A DNA stretch of 64,000 bases, from NCBI GenBank assembly GCA_963678815.1, contig OY787460.1:7031503-7095502 (forward strand), read 5' to 3'. The notes beneath the pieces were generated by a model. It was not told the origin of the DNA. It did no database searches and saw only the letters and a program-made list of their open reading frames with translations. The translations under genes and the position numbers were made by a program. This stretch comes from Victivallales bacterium. Lineage in GTDB: Bacteria; Verrucomicrobiota; Lentisphaeria; Victivallales; G963678815. Positions 57,130 through 64,000 of the stretch are shown piece after piece. Within the stretch, counting starts at the first letter, position 1. Each line of letters starts with the position of its first letter.

Positions 57130-60084
57130 ATGATTATGCGGAAAAAAATGTTAACTGCCTTCCTGACAGTTGCGGCATTGAATCTATTGGCAAATCCCAA
57201 CGCAAAAGTCCTGGTGAACTACAAGGACGAATTAGTATCTGGCAAACAGAAGAATATTCGTCTCAGCGCCAAACATAACTATATCAGAAGAACTCAAAAA
57301 TATTATATCAATAAGCCGGGAGCGTTGCTGTTTACCAATAAAGGCTGCAAAGCAAAACATGTCGGAATTAATATCGCCATTCCAAGAGACATACTGGAGA
57401 AAGTAAAAGGCAAGCCGCTGCGTTTTTCCGCCAAAGTAAAAAAAATAACCGGCAACGGTGATTTCAAAACCAAACTACGGACCTGGCATCGCGACAAAAA
57501 AAACAAATGGACGCTAAAAATGGCTTCTCCCCGGGCCTGGGCCGACACCAAGCCGGGTGCGTGGAACCGCCTGGAACTCAACTGCGTCATCCCGAATGAC
57601 CCGGAAATAAATTTCGCCGGTTTCCAGACCGGATTCTGGGTAACACCCGATGAAACGGTATTTGTGCTGGATGAACCTGTGCTTGAATTGCTGACCGGAT
57701 CACGGGCAACATCATACTCTTCCGACATGCTCTGGTACGCCGCGGAAAATGAGGGCAAAATCGATATAGTGAAGGACGGACGCCCGAACGCCGCCATAGT
57801 CACGGAGAAAAATCCTACAAAATGTGTGGCTTACGCGGTCAGGGAACTTAATGACCATCTTGAAATGTGTACCGGCGCGCGGCTTCCGGTGATTACCGAC
57901 GATAAAAACTTCAAGGGGCCTGAAATCCATATCGGCAAAACCCGCTTGTCCGAACAATTCTGTATCACTCCGCAATCTCTGCCGCCAAGCAGTTGGATAA
58001 TCAGACGGGCCGGCAAAGCCATTATCATAAGCGGCGGCGACAAAGACAAGGGGCTCAGTCCATTACATAAAGCATGCAGGCCGCTGGGAACGCTCTTCGC
58101 CGTCTATGAATTTCTGGAAAGATTTCTGGGCGTTCGCTGGTACTGGCCCGGCAAGATCGGCATTGTCGCACCCAAACGCGAAAATTTGTCATTTACGAAA
58201 TTAAACCTCAGCGGCGCCCCAAGCTATGATATTCGCTATTTCGCTTACTGTCAGCCGGTTGGGGGCAATGTACGTGAAGTCAGGAAATGGTGGCTGCGCA
58301 TGCGCCGCGGCAATCCGGGCGACGGTCAGCAGAAAGGCAACCACTCTTACGAGGACTGGCCGACGCGTTTCGGCAAAACCCATCCGGAATATTTCGCAAT
58401 CCAGAAAGACGGCAAACCAAAAACCAGCGGCAAGCCCGGGGGCGGACATGTATGCATGAGCAATCCGAAAGTTTTCGAGCAGAAGCTGGCCGATGTGCTG
58501 CGGGAATTTAAAAAAACCAATTACAGCAAGGTGATGCCAGGGGACGCCAATGCCCTGTTATACTGTCAGTGTCCGCAATGCCTGAAAAAAATTAACGTAA
58601 CAGCGCCGCGAAGCGGCAGATACAGCAATGCGGTATGGGGCTTTGCCAACAAAGTCGCTGAAGCGGTGGCCAGAAAAGTTCCGGGCAAATATATCACTTG
58701 CTGCGCCTATGCCGGTTATCAGGACCCGCCGGACTTTACACTCATGCCGAATATTGTCGTCACATTGTGTCTGATTCGTAAAGCCCCGCCGTTCGCCGTA
58801 TACATGCCGGACGGCAAAAAAGATTACGTCGAAATAATCAAAAGGTGGGAAAAAACCGGCGCTCAATTCCTGATCTGGGATTACTGGGACATCACGCGGC
58901 GGAAAAAAAACCTGACATTCGCCGCGCCGTCTATTTTTCCGCACGCAATAAAAGAATTCTTTTTGCTTGATTGCGGAATCGCCAGGGGGCATCATATCGA
59001 ACTGCCCTTCAACCGTTCCTCGGACGGAAAAAGAATGAATCAATGGACGGACTGGATTTACGACGCATTAAACACTTATGTCGCCATGCGCTTGATGTGG
59101 GACATGAGTACCGATGTGGATAAACTGCTGGATGAATTCTATGTTTCGTTTTACGGACCGGATGCAGGACCGTGGATAAAAAAATTCTATACGGAAATGG
59201 AAAAAGCCTTCTCCGATCCGAATACCAAAAACGGCCCTTCTTTCAATTGGGGCTGGGAAACTGTTTGGGTGAAGACCTATCCGCCGAAGTTTGTCAAACG
59301 GGTCATGGGATATCTCAGGCTAGCCGTGAAATCGGCTAGGGGTCAAGAACCTTATGCAACCCGGGCCCAAAAAACTCTCGAAGGCTTCCTGCCGTTCGAA
59401 AATGGCAGCAAAAGATTTTCGGTTAAAGCCGGGGCGGAGATCAAGCCGCCAAAACTGAAAATAGCCAAAATTAAATCGGCGCCCCGAATTGACGGCAGGG
59501 GAAATGACGAATGTTGGAATAAAGCCGCGGCCACCGGATTTTTCAAGGAAAACTTTAACGTCGCGGCCACCAGAGCAAAAACTCAAGCGTGGGTCGCGTA
59601 TGACGATAACTATCTCTATTTGCTGATAAAGGCGTTTTTCCCGAAAGGGGCTCCGCTCAACATTTCCGCCAACGCCAGCCGGGACAGCAATCTTTGGCTG
59701 AATGAAAGCTGTGAATTCTTTATCTCGGATGGAAAGAAAAGATATCAGTTTATTGTCAGCGCAAATAACGCCCTGCTTGACTCCTTCGACCAAAACGTGA
59801 AACAGCTCGCGATTCTCGACGAAAGGCTGAAGTGGCAGTGCGAAGGAGTAAAATATGCCGCCAAGATTAATCAAGGATATTGGATGGCGGAACTGGCAAT
59901 ACCTTTAAAAGAAATTGATTTTAATCCCGCGAACGGACCGTGGAAAATCAATTTCATGCGTAATTTCTATTACAAAGACGGAAAAAAGGGGAAATGGAAT
60001 CATAATATTACCTGCTGGAGTCCAAATTATGGTGGTTTTATCGACATGTCCCGTTATGGAGATTTATCAGTTGTGAAAAAATAA
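57130..60084 (+). CDS. Large secreted protein. It is a putative glycoside hydrolase-like (DUF4838-type) protein with a C-terminal CBM9-like domain.
   Basis: It has a signal peptide (MIMRKKMLTAFLTVAALNLLANP). The C-terminal 'RIDGRGNDECWNKAAATGFF...AWVAYDDNYLYLLIKAF' is CBM9-like. Confidence 0.4.
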   Translation: MIMRKKMLTAFLTVAALNLLANPNAKVLVNYKDELVSGKQKNIRLSAKHNYIRRTQKYYINKPGALLFTNKGCKAKHVGINIAIPRDILEKVKGKPLRFSAKVKKITGNGDFKTKLRTWHRDKKNKWTLKMASPRAWADTKPGAWNRLELNCVIPNDPEINFAGFQTGFWVTPDETVFVLDEPVLELLTGSRATSYSSDMLWYAAENEGKIDIVKDGRPNAAIVTEKNPTKCVAYAVRELNDHLEMCTGARLPVITDDKNFKGPEIHIGKTRLSEQFCITPQSLPPSSWIIRRAGKAIIISGGDKDKGLSPLHKACRPLGTLFAVYEFLERFLGVRWYWPGKIGIVAPKRENLSFTKLNLSGAPSYDIRYFAYCQPVGGNVREVRKWWLRMRRGNPGDGQQKGNHSYEDWPTRFGKTHPEYFAIQKDGKPKTSGKPGGGHVCMSNPKVFEQKLADVLREFKKTNYSKVMPGDANALLYCQCPQCLKKINVTAPRSGRYSNAVWGFANKVAEAVARKVPGKYITCCAYAGYQDPPDFTLMPNIVVTLCLIRKAPPFAVYMPDGKKDYVEIIKRWEKTGAQFLIWDYWDITRRKKNLTFAAPSIFPHAIKEFFLLDCGIARGHHIELPFNRSSDGKRMNQWTDWIYDALNTYVAMRLMWDMSTDVDKLLDEFYVSFYGPDAGPWIKKFYTEMEKAFSDPNTKNGPSFNWGWETVWVKTYPPKFVKRVMGYLRLAVKSARGQEPYATRAQKTLEGFLPFENGSKRFSVKAGAEIKPPKLKIAKIKSAPRIDGRGNDECWNKAAATGFFKENFNVAATRAKTQAWVAYDDNYLYLLIKAFFPKGAPLNISANASRDSNLWLNESCEFFISDGKKRYQFIVSANNALLDSFDQNVKQLAILDERLKWQCEGVKYAAKINQGYWMAELAIPLKEIDFNPANGPWKINFMRNFYYKDGKKGKWNHNITCWSPNYGGFIDMSRYGDLSVVKK

Positions 60085-60273
60085 ATAGAACCATATTAAC
60101 TCGAACTTACCAGCAGACATGATGGCCTTTTCCCGTTTTACTGGCTCGATCCGCTTGATGCTGATACGGTGGGGCCTGACCACTGTGATTTCTCGGAACC
60201 GTTACAAGAAAATCAGCCTAATTTGCACCTGTTTTTGTGTTGATTTATTCCAGATAGCAATATTTTAAGTTGT

Positions 60274-62346
60274 CTACTTCGGATCAGGCAGTTTCTTGGG
60301 ATCGAGATTTTTAAGATTTTTAAGATTCTTTTTGAATTCTTTCAATATTCGGGGGATATGGGTTTTTCTGATTCCGATTCCTCCGGCGCGAGGTTCTACG
60401 GGCTTAGTCAGTTCGTAGAGTTTTTTCCAGTCTTTTTCAAGAATGCGGCTTTGTTCCACGATCTTCCGCAACGCTGTTTTCCGGGCTGAAATATCTTTCT
60501 TTTCATTAATAATGAAAGCGAAGCGCTCAAAAATTTTCATCCAGTTTGTCAGTATTTTCGCATCGAGAATGAATTTTTCAGGAAACTTGTTGTTTTCAGC
60601 CAGTTCCTCGGCCTTTTTACAATTTTCTACAAGTATTTTCAGTTCCAAAGGAGTTTTATATTCAAATCCGGCGAGGGCTTTCTCTTCAAGGCTTTCGCTT
60701 TTTTTGCCGGACAGGACTTTACACATGTATTTAATTGCGCGGCGGGAAAACGCCCTGGAGTCGGCGGATATTGCAATAGCGAGTTCCGGATACTCTTGCA
60801 TAATTATAATGTCCGCCGCCAAATCAGGATCAGAAAAACCGTGCCTTTGCGCCCATGAAGCCGCAAATTCATGCGGGGTCCGTCCAGACACGTTCCATGC
60901 GTATTCCGCCGCCGCCTGGATATTGAAAGCGTCAAACTGCCAGCAGGACCACATAATTGCCCTTTGCAAGCCCACATTTACTATCTCGCTTACTCTTTCT
61001 TTGATAAACAGAGGGGTTTTAAACGGCATGGTATATGCAACCTCGGGCATAATCAGCATTATCAGAGGCATTACTCCGACGTTGTATCCCTTTCTTTTCA
61101 GCTCTCTTATGGACGGAGGGATGATAAACTCCGGATTCAGGCGATAAGTTTTTGAGCCATTGTAATAATCAATTTCCACATTTCGGGGAACATTCTTGAA
61201 TATTTCCAGGTTATATGGATAGCTTCCCTGGGACAGCAGAAGATTAAGTGCCGGCTTCGAATTGCCCTTGATGGCTTTTTTATAAGCTTTTAACAGGCAA
61301 TTCACTTCGCTCATGTACTGTTTTTCAATATTTCCTTTGTTCTTGAAACTTTCCGTAAGCCAAATTGAGAATCTGCCTATTTGCGAAGGAGAACCCGCCT
61401 GACTTATTATTTGGCTGAAAATCTCATCAACAAGCTGCCTGGTTTTAGGATGGGAATAGCATAAATACTTGTCTTTCCCGGTTGTCTCGCTGGCATCGAT
61501 TATTTCCGGAAGCGCCTTTTCAAATTTACCGGCAAGAAAAGAGCCGATGTGAATAAGGTGCGGAATCATTGAGATATTGTAATTTTTTGCGATGGTGATC
61601 GCCTTTAAAGGTAATTTCAGACTGGGCTTTCCACCTTTTTCCTGCAATCTTATCTGCGTATAGTGAATATTGCCTTTCATGGCCGCATACTTGTATAAAA
61701 GATCTTCATAAAAATCTTTTCCCCGCACGGATAAAACCTGTCTTGGCGAAAAATCCGCCATACTTTGAGCCCGTTCCCGCAAGTCAGGCCAATCGACTAT
61801 TCTGACAAACGGCATGGCAATCTTCCGGGAAGCTGAAGGTCCGTTCAACAATTGTTCGAGGGTGACAATCGAGTAGAAAATTCCGGGAGAATCATTTGCA
61901 ACAAGCCGGATTGTCAACCCCTGTTCATTTTTTTCGCATAAAATCGCATAAGCCTGTTCTTTGTTGGGGCGGTATTTTAAATGTTCTTCCAGCAGGCCGC
62001 GGGATTTTTCCCCGTTTGACAATTTGTCGATGATTATATTCATTTTCGCATTTTTCGCCGTACTTGAAAGCTCGGAGCCAAAACGTTTCAGCCAGCGTTT
62101 CTGAAAATTTTTGAGAAATTGCTTTTCCAAAGGCGAAGCACCTTTATAAAGTTTTATCGAACAGTCATCAGAACTGAATACATACGCTTTGCCGCTGAAA
62201 GCCAGTTCCTGAGGCAGCGGATGCAAGTTCCGTTCGATTTTAACTATCCCCTTTCTCGATAAAACGATTTCCTGTTGCGCCAGGCAACTGAAACAAGCCG
62301 TGAACAAAAGCGGGAAAATGACGGTTTTGATTCTCATGTAATTCAT
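60274..62346 (-). CDS. Secreted hypothetical protein, possibly a glycoside hydrolase
   Basis: It has a signal peptide (MNYMRIKTVIFPLLFTACFSCLAQQ), is 690 aa, and is adjacent to a DUF1559 gene. Confidence 0.35.
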   Translation of the reverse strand: MNYMRIKTVIFPLLFTACFSCLAQQEIVLSRKGIVKIERNLHPLPQELAFSGKAYVFSSDDCSIKLYKGASPLEKQFLKNFQKRWLKRFGSELSSTAKNAKMNIIIDKLSNGEKSRGLLEEHLKYRPNKEQAYAILCEKNEQGLTIRLVANDSPGIFYSIVTLEQLLNGPSASRKIAMPFVRIVDWPDLRERAQSMADFSPRQVLSVRGKDFYEDLLYKYAAMKGNIHYTQIRLQEKGGKPSLKLPLKAITIAKNYNISMIPHLIHIGSFLAGKFEKALPEIIDASETTGKDKYLCYSHPKTRQLVDEIFSQIISQAGSPSQIGRFSIWLTESFKNKGNIEKQYMSEVNCLLKAYKKAIKGNSKPALNLLLSQGSYPYNLEIFKNVPRNVEIDYYNGSKTYRLNPEFIIPPSIRELKRKGYNVGVMPLIMLIMPEVAYTMPFKTPLFIKERVSEIVNVGLQRAIMWSCWQFDAFNIQAAAEYAWNVSGRTPHEFAASWAQRHGFSDPDLAADIIIMQEYPELAIAISADSRAFSRRAIKYMCKVLSGKKSESLEEKALAGFEYKTPLELKILVENCKKAEELAENNKFPEKFILDAKILTNWMKIFERFAFIINEKKDISARKTALRKIVEQSRILEKDWKKLYELTKPVEPRAGGIGIRKTHIPRILKEFKKNLKNLKNLDPKKLPDPK

Positions 62347-62361
62347 CCTTATTACGCTAAA

Positions 62362-63051
62362 TTATTCTTTTACTCCAAGCCATGACAGCTTGCAGGAATC
62401 GTTCCCCCAGGCGCTGTTTTCAGAGTGGGGATAATCATTGGTTCCGACTGTAGCTGCATGCATATCCATATACAATATGTTGATTCTTCCATTATGCGGC
62501 CTTGTATGCTTGCTGACATTCCAGTCCAGATATTCTGATTGTGCCGAAGTGTCTCCCGCAAGTATGGTTTCGGAAGGATACTTATATTTTACCACGGGAA
62601 GGAAATCTTCCGGAGAATTCGTGTCCGTTATTCTGTAATTGAGTCCGTAATCGACATAGAATCTGTATTTCGTTTGGTTATCGTCAATATACGCCCCAAT
62701 CTGTTTACCTGCTACTACTCCAACGGCGGGACAAATATAAAGCGATTCGTCAACGACATTGCCCATACCGCTGACCCTTCTATGCGGAGGCGCATATATG
62801 CCGGCCCTGTACAGGTCGCCGAACCAGTAGTAGCTGCTTGACCAATCCTGTTTCCATGAAGGAAAAAATTTGAAATCACCGGAATAAACAGCCAGCGACT
62901 GTCCCAATTGTTTTTGATTTGACACGCATTGTATGCACAGTGCCGTCTCTCTCGCCTTTTTCAATGCTGGTAGCAGCATTGCCGCTAAGATGGAAATTAT
63001 GGCGATAACAACAAGCAACTCAATGAGCGTGAAATAGACTGACTTCTTCAT
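62362..63051 (-). CDS. Prepilin-type/DUF1559 pseudopilin-like protein
   Basis: The N-terminus is '[36 protein letters not shown]'. Confidence 0.85.
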   Translation of the reverse strand: MKKSVYFTLIELLVVIAIISILAAMLLPALKKARETALCIQCVSNQKQLGQSLAVYSGDFKFFPSWKQDWSSSYYWFGDLYRAGIYAPPHRRVSGMGNVVDESLYICPAVGVVAGKQIGAYIDDNQTKYRFYVDYGLNYRITDTNSPEDFLPVVKYKYPSETILAGDTSAQSEYLDWNVSKHTRPHNGRINILYMDMHAATVGTNDYPHSENSAWGNDSCKLSWLGVKE

Positions 63052-64000
63052 ACTATTCTCCTTTCCTTGTTTTTCCCTTTTACATATTGCTCAAGAGGAA
63101 TGAGTTCGTGATATAATTTTTCAGGATGAAGGCCTTCTCTCGCAATGATTTCGCTACGCAGGGGACCGGGGAAATCGTCATTAAAATCATTAGGCATTTT
63201 TATCCTTTTTTTCTGAATGCAGCTTTCGTAGATTCCCATGATTATGTTAACTCCTTTTAATGAATTCTCAAGATTGTTCAGATGAGGCTTGCCAATCAAA
63301 CTCATTGCCGCCGCCCTGGTGAATTCCCGCTGCCCTGCCCTGTCGTCTTTAAAAAAATCGGTGGGATATTTTTCAGGCTTGCTCATTCCTTCCGTCTGCC
63401 ATCCGCAATCGCCCCTTATCTTCCACCAGGCACGGCCTTTTTCTCCCCATATGTCAAACTCGAAATTCATCCAGAAATTGTTCTCGCCCGGTACGCCGAT
63501 GGAATCCTTCGAGCACTCGATAAGAAATTGAATACCCCCGGGAAACGTCAGATTCGCCATTATGCTTGCGGGACATTGTGAATGACAACAGTAATCTTCC
63601 GCCCCGTAAGCCGCCGCCCAAATGGTTTCGGGATACCTGTCTCCAAGCCAGTAAAGCAACATGTCTATGGCGTGCGTGCCAATATCCATTATATTAGCCT
63701 TGACCACGCACCTTATAAAGCTTATCCGGCCTATCCTCTCCGAATCAATGATATCCTTTATCCAATTGACGCAGGCATAATACCTTCTTTGCATATTGAC
63801 GACAATTTTCATGCCGCTCGCTTTTTCTATACGCTTCAGTTCCATGCCTTCAGCAGGCGTATTGACAAAAGGTTTTTCCAGGATGACAAGCTTGACTCCG
63901 TATCTTGCGGCCGTCCGGACAGGTTCCAGCCTGACTGTAGGCTTTGTCACGATATGCAAAATGTCCGGCTTCTCATGCTTAAGCATCTCCTCAAGATTAA
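63048..64000 (-). CDS. Gfo/Idh/MocA family NAD(P)-dependent oxidoreductase, partial. Its N-terminus lies beyond the window end.
   Basis: '[35 protein letters not shown]' matches the 'DAVYIATPNxxH...GKHVLCEKP' region. The reading frame is open through position 64000. Confidence 0.65.
   Translation of the reverse strand, partial: NLEEMLKHEKPDILHIVTKPTVRLEPVRTAARYGVKLVILEKPFVNTPAEGMELKRIEKASGMKIVVNMQRRYYACVNWIKDIIDSERIGRISFIRCVVKANIMDIGTHAIDMLLYWLGDRYPETIWAAAYGAEDYCCHSQCPASIMANLTFPGGIQFLIECSKDSIGVPGENNFWMNFEFDIWGEKGRAWWKIRGDCGWQTEGMSKPEKYPTDFFKDDRAGQREFTRAAAMSLIGKPHLNNLENSLKGVNIIMGIYESCIQKKRIKMPNDFNDDFPGPLRSEIIAREGLHPEKLYHELIPLEQYVKGKNKERRIV

Noticed and set aside
1-64000. Search for tRNA/rRNA genes, CRISPR arrays, and IS or transposase ends
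   Set aside because: No intergenic gap contains a tRNA-like GTTCRANYC T-arm or cloverleaf symmetry. There are no short regularly spaced repeats, and no transposase or integrase-like ORFs or terminal inverted repeats. The only large repeat is the 2 kb gene-internal duplication.

Overview
This 64 kb window looks like a PVC-superphylum chromosome segment, most likely Lentisphaerae/Kiritimatiellae-like. The clue is the many prepilin-type N-terminal helix plus DUF1559 (H-X9-DG) proteins starting '[24 protein letters not shown]'. Almost every large ORF is coding, and I see no rRNA, tRNA, CRISPR array or transposase. The window has three parts. (1) 1-16.7 kb is a carbohydrate-degradation block: a partial periplasmic L-asparaginase, an SDR, a GH36/raffinose-synthase-like protein, a six-hairpin glycosidase, a BNR sialidase, a GH78 alpha-L-rhamnosidase and a roughly 1300 aa secreted clan GH-A hydrolase with a CBM9-like tail. 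DUF1559 pseudopilin-like genes are interleaved, and a GntR-HTH/LacI-type sugar-binding regulator sits at the end. (2) 16.9-50.8 kb is a dense signalling island. It has five Hanks-type Ser/Thr receptor kinases with a single TM helix and combinatorial ectodomains: Sel1 repeats, FGE-sulfatase-like domains, and leaderless DUF1559 domains. It also has an ECF-sigma-factor::FHA fusion, a zinc-ribbon-FHA protein, a zinc-ribbon-SPFH/flotillin-like protein, a secreted transglutaminase-like protein, a secreted DUF1559x2-FGE-Sel1 protein, a degenerate HD-GYP-like protein and a large HEAT/TM protein. Five transcription units in this island are preceded by the same CGTGAKG-N15-CGTA motif, which resembles an ECF-type promoter. 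Two kinase genes share a near-identical direct repeat of about 2 kb, and one kinase has a 3' frameshift. (3) 51-64 kb holds an amidohydrolase/aminotransferase pair, a second GntR/LacI regulator, two more DUF1559 genes each next to secreted putative glycoside hydrolases, and a partial Gfo/Idh/MocA oxidoreductase. The leading candidate for a novel system is the ECF-sigma-FHA, multi-kinase, shared-promoter circuit with leaderless pseudopilin-like sensor domains.
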